Origin: Methanomassiliicoccales archaeon
Lineage (GTDB): Archaea; Thermoplasmatota; Thermoplasmata; Methanomassiliicoccales; UBA472
NCBI GenBank assembly: GCA_036677555.1
Contig: JAVBWG010000011.1
Coordinates: 14,177-78,176 of the forward strand
DNA length: 64,000 nt
Direction of reading: 5' to 3'
The notes under the pieces were generated by a model, which did not search any database, had not been told where the DNA came from, and was given only the letters and a program-made list of their open reading frames with translations. The translations under genes were made by a program, and so were the position numbers. Positions 56,051 to 64,000 of the stretch are shown here, piece by piece. Numbering within the stretch: position 1 is the first letter of the stretch; every line of letters begins with the position of its first letter.

Positions 56051-58304
56051 GTGCGTCCCATCCTTGCCGCGCAGCGAGAGGTCTTTTTTTACATACTAAC
56101 CATATTGAAGAAGATAATGCCGCTGACGACAATGCTCTTGATCTAGTAGCTCGCTCAGTTTGAATTGGCCAACTGGATTCTACCACAAAACCGGCTCTAA
56201 TGATACTCGATACTAAAGTTTCCCAAGCATCTGGTTTTTTATGAGCGAAGACAATAGTCAAAATACCATTTTGGTTGAGCAAATTGTAACATTTTTGGAA
56301 TGTTTGTGCCATCCCGTTTTCATATGCCTGTTTTGAGAGAGCCGAATTGCCCGCAAATCTGCCTGAATCGTCGATCAGCTCACCATCTTGTTTTTTACTG
56401 TCCCATTTAATAGCAAGTGGCATTTTAAAAACAGCATTATGTTCATCATCTAGATCATAAAGGATCCTTCGAAGCCATACATAAAAGAAATCCATTGTGT
56501 CCGAATAAGGTATCGCATCATAATATGGTGGATCTGTTGTAATTAAATCATATGGACCTTTTAATTTATTACTTATTGCTGAAGAATTTATTATTATCGG
56601 TTTTTCCAAGCCGCTTACTACGAGATTGCTCATCATACGATTTGCAGCAATCATAGAATCCAACATTGAAAAGAAAGAGCCACATCCATCTGCAATAATT
56701 GAGACCTCAGCAAAATCCCAACTCACTGGAAGAGCAAATCTTGAAAATACATTTCTTATTTGTTCATTCGGCACATTCCATGAACAAATTGTTGAGGAAT
56801 GATCCAGTAGCTTATCGAATACACAAACTAGATAGGAGATTATTGCCTTCCTCCATTCATCTGGATATCCATTTTCTTTAAGTATTTCCATTAATGATCT
56901 GATCTTTAATACAAAGATGCCGTGACCAAATAATTGTCTTTTTGTGAAAACCATCGACCATTTATTGATTCCATACTTGTCAACAGAAAATGCCCGACTC
57001 GCCCCATTACCTCCTATTGGAGTCGGCTCATCTGGAACACCGAATGGGATGTTATTGAAAATTTCTTCCACCCTCGCCCCTGCATCTTCCGCTGCTTTAA
57101 GATCCTCTGCAACCGGTAGTCGATACTCCTTTCCTTTCTCCCCATCAATGACCACTGCCGTCATCATCGCTCCTATGCGGCCTTCAACGCCCTCGCGACG
57201 GATATCTTCCATGCTCATCGCTACCGTGCCTGGCTTGCCACAGTGAGGGCACCATGCACCATTACGGCTCATCGTGCCTTGCCCAAGACGCTTGTCATTT
57301 TCAATTCTTTCAGACTTACTGAGCCCTTCCTGCGCAACATTTGATTGTATCTCAAAGACCAACGACGATCGGTCATCATTTGTCCTCATCATCAGTAGAA
57401 CTCGCTTTCTTTCATTCTTGCATAGCCACCTCGTTTTCAGCAGAGGTATCGTCGACCGGCAGTTCTTGCAGGTGACCGTCTTTGCCCAGAGATATGCCAC
57501 CGTCGGTTTGCCTGCAACGCTTGGATAATAAGGTGTCAGATCATTCTTTGCCTGCTCCAACACCCACCACCCCCACGAACGCACATGCCAGGACAAATCG
57601 GCAATAGGCATTTCGGCTAAGATGTTGGATTCCAAAGCTAATTCGTCGAATGAAGCAAGTGATTTTTGCTTTTTATTTTTGGCTGACGGTTTGATCCCTT
57701 GCATTTTATAGAAATCATCCATGAACTCTTTATTCTCGAGGATAAAGTTTGGCAATGGTAGTTTCTGCCCAGCCAATTGCTGTGGGTACTCCAAAGTGCA
57801 TTTCTCTATGAACCAGGCTACAGGATTGATGTCGATGGACGTAGCCTCACATCCTAGTCTCATTGCTTCTAAAGGGATTGCTCCACCGCCTGCAAAGGGG
57901 TCCAATACCTTGGGCACCTCGCCACCATATGCTTTCCTAATTTCCTTCCGGAAGTAGTTTAGGTCAGATTCGGATTCCCTGCCCCAGTGGAGGATTCCTC
58001 CTTCTGTTTCCTCGACAAAGAATGTGTTCTCCTTGCCGTCCTTCTTTGTGCGCTTCTGCACGCGCACGACTTTTCCCCCGATCCGCTCCAGCAATTCCTT
58101 CCGCTTATCCGGGTCACCCGGATCTGGCAACAAGGTGGCAATGAGCGCCGCCCGGCAAGCTGCCAGGGGCCTTCGTGCTGGCCAGATGTGCAATGTTGAT
58201 ATATGTCCATGACGCACGTTCTTCTCTTGCAATGATTCAATGGATGCTTGCTTTAGGCAGAATCCTCTCTCAATCAATCTCGGTTTATTCTCATTCTCTG
58301 CCAT
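55251..58304 (-). CDS. DUF1156-type DNA methyltransferase with Zn ribbon (copy 2, promoter-distal)
   Basis: STLHIWPARRPLAA, DPFAGGGAIPLEA (motif I), CKNCRS...CPHCGKPG, ITTDPPYYDA (motif IV). ATG 58304; the track start at 58418 runs into the upstream gene. Confidence 0.85.
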   Translation of the reverse strand: MAENENKPRLIERGFCLKQASIESLQEKNVRHGHISTLHIWPARRPLAACRAALIATLLPDPGDPDKRKELLERIGGKVVRVQKRTKKDGKENTFFVEETEGGILHWGRESESDLNYFRKEIRKAYGGEVPKVLDPFAGGGAIPLEAMRLGCEATSIDINPVAWFIEKCTLEYPQQLAGQKLPLPNFILENKEFMDDFYKMQGIKPSAKNKKQKSLASFDELALESNILAEMPIADLSWHVRSWGWWVLEQAKNDLTPYYPSVAGKPTVAYLWAKTVTCKNCRSTIPLLKTRWLCKNERKRVLLMMRTNDDRSSLVFEIQSNVAQEGLSKSERIENDKRLGQGTMSRNGAWCPHCGKPGTVAMSMEDIRREGVEGRIGAMMTAVVIDGEKGKEYRLPVAEDLKAAEDAGARVEEIFNNIPFGVPDEPTPIGGNGASRAFSVDKYGINKWSMVFTKRQLFGHGIFVLKIRSLMEILKENGYPDEWRKAIISYLVCVFDKLLDHSSTICSWNVPNEQIRNVFSRFALPVSWDFAEVSIIADGCGSFFSMLDSMIAANRMMSNLVVSGLEKPIIINSSAISNKLKGPYDLITTDPPYYDAIPYSDTMDFFYVWLRRILYDLDDEHNAVFKMPLAIKWDSKKQDGELIDDSGRFAGNSALSKQAYENGMAQTFQKCYNLLNQNGILTIVFAHKKPDAWETLVSSIIRAGFVVESSWPIQTERATRSRALSSAALSSSIWLVCKKRPLAARQGWDAQVLEEMRSNIQLRLREYWDSGIRGPDFIWAATGPALEAYSKHSVVKKADNPGQIMTVSEFLVEVRRIVMDFVVGRVLGEDGERDRDLDNITTYYLLHRHDFGFGDAPAGSCILYAVSCDLSDSALVGEYDVLLRSGGIEEPDEGEGDVLEEDVFEEGTSSALRLKQWNKRVGKTLGLDNNGRPAPMIDRMHKLMHLWKDGDMAKVDEYLDGNGLLKNKTFHHILQAIIELSKEGDEERSLLESISNHIISRGGAVSAPRDLSNFGG
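58075..58184. repeat. 110-bp block identical to 61124-61233 (direct repeat inside the two methyltransferase genes)
   Basis: Compared base by base: cccccgatccgctccagcaattcc...cttcgtgctggcca is identical in both copies. Offset 3049 bp. Confidence 0.95.
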
Positions 58305-58320
58305 CAACCAGCCCCTCCAT

Positions 58321-61300
58321 TTAGCCCCCAAAATCCGAGAATCCCTTTGGGGCATTGACCGCACCACCCCTGGAAATGATATGATTGCTGATGCTCTCCA
58401 ACAGGCTTCTTTCCTCATCTCCCTCCTTAGAGAGTTCTATTATCGCTTGCAGGATATGATGGAAGGTCTTGTTCTTGAGGAGCCCATTGTTAACTAGATA
58501 ATCATCGACCTTCGCTATATCGCCATCCTTCCACAGTTGCATTAGCTTGTGCACCCGATCGATCATCGGTGCAGGACGACCATTGCTATCCATTCCCAAG
58601 TTCTTGCTCTTACGCTTGTTCCACGCCTTCAATCTGAAGGTGCTGCTGGTGCCTTCCTCGATGAAATCCTCTTCGGTTTCCTCACCCTCGTCTTCCGCGG
58701 GCTCTTCCATTCCTCCAGATCTGAGGAGGATATCATTTTCGCCCGCAAGGGCACTGTCTGAAAGGTCGCAGGATACTGCGTATAAGATGCAAGAGCCCGC
58801 CGGAGCATCCCCAAACCCGAAGTCATGACGGTGCAATAGATAGTAAGTCGTGATGTTGTCCAAATCGCGGTCTCTTTCACCCTCTTCCCTCAGGACGCGG
58901 CCGACCACGAAATCCATGACAATCCGCCTCACTTCAATTAAAAATTCTGTGACCGTCATTAATTGACCTGGGTCATTCGCTTTCTTCACAATCGCGTGCT
59001 TGCTATATGACTCAAGTGCAGGACCGGTAGCCGCCCAAATGAAGTCTGGACCGCGAATTCCAGCGTCCCAATACTCACGCAGACGAAGTTGAATGTTGGA
59101 ACGCATTTCTTCAAGGACCTTGTTGTCCCATCCTGGTTTCGATTCATTAGAACGTTTCCTGCAAACGAGCCATACGGAAGATGATAATGCTGCAGAGGAC
59201 AGAGCCCTTGTACGATTGCCCATCTCCGTTTGTATCGGCCAACTTGCTTCGACTGTGAAACCGGATCGTACGATTGCCGAGACTAGAGTCTCCCAAGCTT
59301 CTGGCTGCTTATGGGCGAACACCATCACGAATCTACCATTGGAGGTAAGTGATTCTCTGCAGTTTGAGAAAACATCAGCCATGCCATCTTCATAGGCGAT
59401 ACGTGAACTCTCCCGGTTCCCCGAGAATCGCGAAGAATCATCGATTAGCTCTCCATCATTTTTGTCCTTGTTCCATTTGGGTGCAAGAGCCTCCTTGAAT
59501 GATCCTTCGAATTCATCTGAGAATCCCCACATTGTTCTTCTAAGCCATACATAGAAGAAATCCATGAGAAGTGAGTAAGAGATTGCGTCATAGTATGGTG
59601 GGTCTGTCACAATCACATCATATTTTTCGGCAAATTGTTGTTTAGCACTTTGATTATCTACTCGCACTTTCGAATTCGGAGAGAATGATTTCAGAGAGTG
59701 ATCAATATAGTGGCAAATAATATTGAGTTGATTCCAATAAGATCCTGTCTTGTTACCGATTGGATTGGTCTCACAGTAATCCCATGCAATGGGCATGCGA
59801 TATCCTGAGAATGTCCCAGATACATTCTGACGAGTGACATCCCAATGACATACAGCACTGGATCTATCAACCGTTCTGTCGACTGCAATGCATAGGTAAC
59901 TCATGATTGCATCTGCCCATTCCTTCGGAACATCGGAAGAATCCATCAATATTCTTGCTTCCCGTGTGTACTTTACGAAGGCTGCTAGAGCATTTAGTTG
60001 TCTGCGAGTGAATTGCTTGCCCCAAGTGTTTGCTCCATATTGAACACACCACGTGTTGCCCTTTGAATCTTCAACAATTTCTTCGCCAGGGATTCCAAAA
60101 GGGATATCTTGAAACCGGGCTAGAAGATTAATATCTAGGCCTGTCCCTGACTCAACCTCAAGCTGCGATGGGGTTCTAAACTCCCGAATATCGCCACTTT
60201 CAATGACCACGGCGTACATTTCACTATCAAAATGGCCTCTTGCATACTGATCTCTCAAGGCCAATTGAATATCTTCCATCGTCATTGACACGGTGCCTGG
60301 CTTGCCGCAGAAAGGACACCACGCCCCCTTACCTCCTTTTGTTCCAATTGTCTCTGATTTTGGCAAATGGGCAGCTTCATATGGTGTACATTCAATAATG
60401 CTATACGAGATCCTGTTGGCTACGGAATCGGGGTTAATTTTGAGCAGAATCTGCCTCCCATTTTTTTTACATAGCCATCTCGTTTTCATAAGGGGAATGC
60501 TCGCACGGCAATTCTTGCACTTCACAGTGCGAGCCCATAGATACGCTACAGTCGGCTTGCCATCGCTAGAATGATAATACATTTCAAGGTCATTCTTTGC
60601 TTTCTGCAGTACCCACGAACCCCAGGCACGCACGTGCCAGGCCAAATCGGCCAATGGAGTTTCTAATGATTTGCCAGAAACCATCTTCTCCCCGTCGAAA
60701 GAGGCGAGCGAGCTCTGCTTCTTCATCTTGGCCGATGGTTTGATTCCCTGTGCCTCACAGAACTTGTCAATAAACTCCTTGTTCTCGAGGATGAAGTCAG
60801 GCAGGGGCACCTTCTTCCCAGCCAGGCGCTGCGGGTACTCCAATGTGCATTTCTCGATGAACCAGGCTACAGGATTGATGTCTATGGCTGTGGCTTCGCA
60901 TCCCAGTCTCATCGCTTCTAGTGGAATCGCTCCTCCTCCGGCAAAAGGATCCAGCACCTTAGGTGCCCTGCCACCATATGCTTTCCTTATCTCCTCCCGG
61001 AAATAGTCTAGGTCCGGTCCTGATTCCCTTCCCCAGTGGAGAATGCCTCCCTCTGTCTCCTCGACAAAGCGCACTTCCTCCTTGCCGTCCTTCTTGGTGC
61101 GCTTCTGCACTCGCACGACTTTGCCCCCGATCCGCTCCAGCAATTCCTTCCGCTTATCCGGGTCACCCGGATCTGGCAACAAGGTGGCAATGAGCGCCGC
61201 CCGGCAAGCTGCCAGGGGCCTTCGTGCTGGCCATATATGCAATGTGGATATGTGGCCATAACGCACGCTCTTCTCATGCACAGAGTTAATGGATGCTTGC

Positions 61301-61353
61301 TTGAGGCAGAACCCTCTTTCTATCAATCTCGGTTTATCTTCATTCTCTGCCAT
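58321..61353 (-). CDS. DUF1156-type DNA methyltransferase with Zn ribbon (copy 1, promoter-proximal)
   Basis: Same motifs (DPFAGGGAIPLEA, CKNCRA...CPFCGKPG, VTDPPYYDA). ATG 61353 shares TGATG with the helicase stop. Confidence 0.85.
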   Translation of the reverse strand: MAENEDKPRLIERGFCLKQASINSVHEKSVRYGHISTLHIWPARRPLAACRAALIATLLPDPGDPDKRKELLERIGGKVVRVQKRTKKDGKEEVRFVEETEGGILHWGRESGPDLDYFREEIRKAYGGRAPKVLDPFAGGGAIPLEAMRLGCEATAIDINPVAWFIEKCTLEYPQRLAGKKVPLPDFILENKEFIDKFCEAQGIKPSAKMKKQSSLASFDGEKMVSGKSLETPLADLAWHVRAWGSWVLQKAKNDLEMYYHSSDGKPTVAYLWARTVKCKNCRASIPLMKTRWLCKKNGRQILLKINPDSVANRISYSIIECTPYEAAHLPKSETIGTKGGKGAWCPFCGKPGTVSMTMEDIQLALRDQYARGHFDSEMYAVVIESGDIREFRTPSQLEVESGTGLDINLLARFQDIPFGIPGEEIVEDSKGNTWCVQYGANTWGKQFTRRQLNALAAFVKYTREARILMDSSDVPKEWADAIMSYLCIAVDRTVDRSSAVCHWDVTRQNVSGTFSGYRMPIAWDYCETNPIGNKTGSYWNQLNIICHYIDHSLKSFSPNSKVRVDNQSAKQQFAEKYDVIVTDPPYYDAISYSLLMDFFYVWLRRTMWGFSDEFEGSFKEALAPKWNKDKNDGELIDDSSRFSGNRESSRIAYEDGMADVFSNCRESLTSNGRFVMVFAHKQPEAWETLVSAIVRSGFTVEASWPIQTEMGNRTRALSSAALSSSVWLVCRKRSNESKPGWDNKVLEEMRSNIQLRLREYWDAGIRGPDFIWAATGPALESYSKHAIVKKANDPGQLMTVTEFLIEVRRIVMDFVVGRVLREEGERDRDLDNITTYYLLHRHDFGFGDAPAGSCILYAVSCDLSDSALAGENDILLRSGGMEEPAEDEGEETEEDFIEEGTSSTFRLKAWNKRKSKNLGMDSNGRPAPMIDRVHKLMQLWKDGDIAKVDDYLVNNGLLKNKTFHHILQAIIELSKEGDEERSLLESISNHIISRGGAVNAPKGFSDFGG
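61124..61233. repeat. Partner copy of the 110-bp identical block
   Basis: See 58075-58184. Confidence 0.95.
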
Positions 61354-64000
61354 CAACCAGTCCCTCCACCATTTCCAATAGATGCACGCAAAATGTCCCC
61401 TTCATTGACCATGAAACTGCCCTTTTGCTTGAAGCTTAAACGGTAGGCCGGGTCTTGTACACGCATAAGACGAGGCACGCTCTCGCAATCGAAAACAGCA
61501 TAGAGCCAGTACTTATGGCGCATGTTCGCCGCACGGTCCCACTCATTCTCGGTGATCTCCACGCCGCCGCCACCGCCCCTTCCCTTCACTTCGATACTTC
61601 TGATCTCCCCATCAGGACGACGGGAAAGTAGATCGAAGCCAGGGTGCGCTTGCAATCCCGCTTGCATCGCCAGTTCAGGCGTGTGCACATCGATGACCTC
61701 GGCACCCTCATTTTCCTCCATGGACCTCACTATATCCATGGACATAGCCTCGATGTCTAGATCATATCTCTTCCAATCCTCAGGATCAGATGAAGGCATG
61801 ACGAGGGCGTGGGCGATCATCTCCACATCGCCAATATCAAGCAGATCGATCTCTTTCGCCAACGCTTGGAACGATCTGTCCCTGACCTCGGTGAGCTCGC
61901 GTTGCATCTCACGGACCCGTTCCATCTTCAATCCGACCTCGGGGTCGTCCCTCTTCTTGCCCAATTCAGTGCGTTTCTTGGCCAGCTCCACTTCTTGGAG
62001 GTTGAAACCCCTGCGCATCAATTCCTGCCTTGAGGCGTTCAGTTTGGAAATACGCTCATGGCAGGCCCGCAACATCTCTCCCTGGATATCATGTACCAGG
62101 AAGGTCGGCACCATCCTAGTCAATGCCTCCCCTTTGGACATCATGGTCAAGGTCTTCATATCATGTCCTTCGTTCCCTCGAAGCAGAAGGAGCTTTTCCA
62201 GGGGTGCTTGCACCATCGCTCCCGATTCGTCTTGCACCACCGCTACCAATCGTTCATCGACGATGATCTCTCGAGCTAATGCTGGTACCGATGGGTCCGC
62301 ACGGCGAACGATGCTCAATTTGGCAAGATGGAACAGGTATGGGCTTTTTGCCGATGGATCGATGAACACACCTCCCCTTAGCGCGGCGGCTGAGCACCTC
62401 TCGTCGAGGAGATCGCTTATGCGGTCGAAGATGATCTCACCAGGGCGAAGGAAGATCGCCTTGGCCTCCTTGGATCGGTTGACGGTCATGGCACCGCGAA
62501 TATCATCCGGATAATCCTCCATCAGCGGAATGATCCTATCAAGGGCCTTCGGTTTCTGAGCGAAAAGGGAGAAGGTACCCCTCAGATCCCCTTCCCATCC
62601 GATGCCTAGGAGCGGCAGTGCCGACTCTAAGAAACTTGCGACGTATGCGGGTAGCAAATAACGATATTCCTCTTGAGCTAATCTTTCGCGCTCTTCGGGG
62701 AGATATCTTGCCACATCGCCACCTCCCCCGAATAACGACTCTTCCTTGGCTTTGATGGCTCTTACCTGCTCCTCGGTGAGCTTACCCTCGATGATGCGGC
62801 TAGCACCATCCTCGTCCCTGAGCGCCATGGCCATGATATCTTTGATGCTGACACCTTCGAAAACGCGGCCGATGACGTCGAACACCTTGTCCGACCGCAT
62901 TTCTAGGCGGATCCTCTCCATCTTCTCCAGCAGGGTCTGTAGTACCTTACCCTCTCGGGTGTTCGAGGAGATCATATTGATTATTACAACAGGGTCATGC
63001 ATCTGACCGTAACGATGGATCCGACCCATCCTCTGCTCGAGGCGTGCCGGATTCCAAGGAATGTCGTAATTGATCATTAGCCAGCAGAACTGAAGGTTGA
63101 TCCCCTCACCTGCGGCATCGGTGGCGATCAGATACTGAGCCCCATCGGCATGATGGTCTTTGCGGAAGAATGCGATCTGTTCCTCTCGGGCGGCGAAATC
63201 CATTCCGCCGTGGATCGAAGCTATCTTGCCGGTTAGCCCCTTTCCCTCCAATTTACGCATTAAGTAAGTGAGGGTGTCCCGATGCTCCGTAAAAATGATG
63301 GCCTTCTCATCGCGATATTTGTCATCGGTAAGCAATTCTTCCAGTCTGTCGAATTTTGATTCCGTCCCTCGTCGCATGACCTCATCGGACAAAGCGAGTA
63401 GCTTTTCAACCTCGATCTTCTCTTTTTCCAATTGAGAGAGGTTGAAGTTCACCATGACATCCATGATCTTCTTCTCATCGACCTCGTTCTGCTCCTCATC
63501 GCCTTCTGAGGACTCTTCTTCTCCCGTCCGATCCTCGAAGTCATCGCTCACCTTCAGGCGGCTTTGTTGTGCCTGTAATTTCTGTTCGTTCAAATCTCCA
63601 CATCGCAAGGCGTCAATCAGAAATTGAAGTCTCTCCACCCTTCTTTCGAACGAACGCTTTAAAGCATAGGTGGATGAGGCCATACGTCGCTGGAAAACGC
63701 TAGCTGCTAAGCTTGCCGCAGAACGGTTCAGCATTCGCGCCATATTATAGAAGTTATCGATATAGACGGTCGTCTTCTCGTAGAGATCTCTTTCATAGCC
63801 ATCACCCTCGGAGAGCGCGTAACTGCCCGTGTGACATTCCCGTGATGGGTAGATCTTCGAGCCGTCGAAGCGGACCATCTCTTCCTTGGTACGACGAATG
63901 AAATGCTCCTTCCTACAATCTTCTGGGAACGCATCAAATGCTTCCTTATTTGGGAGTAGCGTTGGTTCTAGTAGCCGCCAGAGACAGTAATATGGATAAT
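61353..64000 (-). CDS. SNF2/SF2 helicase with C-terminal PD-(D/E)xK-like (DUF3883-like) module; N-terminus beyond window
   Basis: Frame is open from 64000 (..YPYYCLWRLLEPTLLPNKEAFDAFPEDCRKEHFIRRTKEEMVRFDG). LIATDAAGEGINLQ, PWNPARLEQRMGRIHRYGQ. Tail GFDLLSRRPDGEIRSIEVKG...ITENEW...KYWLYAVF. Confidence 0.85.
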   Translation of the reverse strand, partial: YPYYCLWRLLEPTLLPNKEAFDAFPEDCRKEHFIRRTKEEMVRFDGSKIYPSRECHTGSYALSEGDGYERDLYEKTTVYIDNFYNMARMLNRSAASLAASVFQRRMASSTYALKRSFERRVERLQFLIDALRCGDLNEQKLQAQQSRLKVSDDFEDRTGEEESSEGDEEQNEVDEKKIMDVMVNFNLSQLEKEKIEVEKLLALSDEVMRRGTESKFDRLEELLTDDKYRDEKAIIFTEHRDTLTYLMRKLEGKGLTGKIASIHGGMDFAAREEQIAFFRKDHHADGAQYLIATDAAGEGINLQFCWLMINYDIPWNPARLEQRMGRIHRYGQMHDPVVIINMISSNTREGKVLQTLLEKMERIRLEMRSDKVFDVIGRVFEGVSIKDIMAMALRDEDGASRIIEGKLTEEQVRAIKAKEESLFGGGGDVARYLPEERERLAQEEYRYLLPAYVASFLESALPLLGIGWEGDLRGTFSLFAQKPKALDRIIPLMEDYPDDIRGAMTVNRSKEAKAIFLRPGEIIFDRISDLLDERCSAAALRGGVFIDPSAKSPYLFHLAKLSIVRRADPSVPALAREIIVDERLVAVVQDESGAMVQAPLEKLLLLRGNEGHDMKTLTMMSKGEALTRMVPTFLVHDIQGEMLRACHERISKLNASRQELMRRGFNLQEVELAKKRTELGKKRDDPEVGLKMERVREMQRELTEVRDRSFQALAKEIDLLDIGDVEMIAHALVMPSSDPEDWKRYDLDIEAMSMDIVRSMEENEGAEVIDVHTPELAMQAGLQAHPGFDLLSRRPDGEIRSIEVKGRGGGGGVEITENEWDRAANMRHKYWLYAVFDCESVPRLMRVQDPAYRLSFKQKGSFMVNEGDILRASIGNGGGTG

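Larger units (their letters stand above)
48881..64000. mobile_element. Integrated genomic island at tRNA-Glu (right end beyond window)
   Basis: A tyrosine integrase lies next to the tRNA. GC looks clearly lower by eye than the backbone. There is an AT-rich spacer and a defence-type cargo operon. Confidence 0.6.

Noticed and set aside
58305-58418. 38-codon N-terminal extension of MTase-2 (track start 58418)
   Set aside because: It overlaps the C-terminal coding region of MTase-1. The paralogue shows that the conserved N-terminus is M-AENE(N/D)KPRLIERG, and a GGAGGGG ribosome-binding site precedes ATG 58304.
55251-61353. Possibility that the two methyltransferase genes are an assembly duplication artefact
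   Set aside because: The central ~1.2 kb of each copy is clearly different in sequence, and the flanking junctions differ (helicase versus MTase upstream, MTase versus ATPase downstream). This is a real tandem paralogy unless reads say otherwise.
1-64000. CRISPR arrays, rRNA genes, transposase/IS elements
   Set aside because: I saw no regularly spaced direct repeats, no rRNA-like conserved stretches, and no transposase-like ORFs or terminal inverted repeats anywhere in the window. The only recombinase is the island integrase.

Overview
This is a high-GC archaeal chromosomal window. It carries archaeal aRF1, ArgRS, family-B DNA polymerase, L15e/L21e, Rpo4/RpoF, aIF1A, Rio1, Pus10, PurP and KsgA. 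A DUF2099/methanogenesis-marker-8-like gene and an intron-containing tRNA hint at a methanogenic euryarchaeon, possibly Methanomassiliicoccales-like; the lineage is inference only. I call about 60 tightly packed protein genes, many with ATGA/TGATG stop-start overlaps. There are three tRNAs: Gln-CUG, Leu-CAG, and Glu-UUC with a 25-nt bulge-helix-bulge intron. I saw no rRNA and no CRISPR array. Most long track ORFs lying antisense to these genes are GC-driven shadow ORFs. Three insertions that look lower in GC by eye interrupt the housekeeping backbone. (i) At 25.3-27.4 kb, an AAA_21-type ATPase + RloB pair (AbiL-like) sits between rpl15e and polB. (ii) At 37.7-38.9 kb there is a GHKL-type ATPase, with its reading frame broken at a C5 run, plus a STAS-like (DUF4325-like) partner. 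(iii) From tRNA-Glu (48.8 kb) to the window edge lies an integrase-bearing island. Its cargo is a tightly coupled operon: an SNF2-type helicase with a PD-(D/E)xK-like tail (5' end beyond the window), two tandem mosaic DUF1156-type Zn-ribbon DNA methyltransferases, a DUF499-type P-loop ATPase, and a small AT-rich gene. This operon is my top candidate for a poorly understood defence system. All family assignments come from motif recognition by eye; none was checked by HMM or BLAST, and GC statements are visual estimates.
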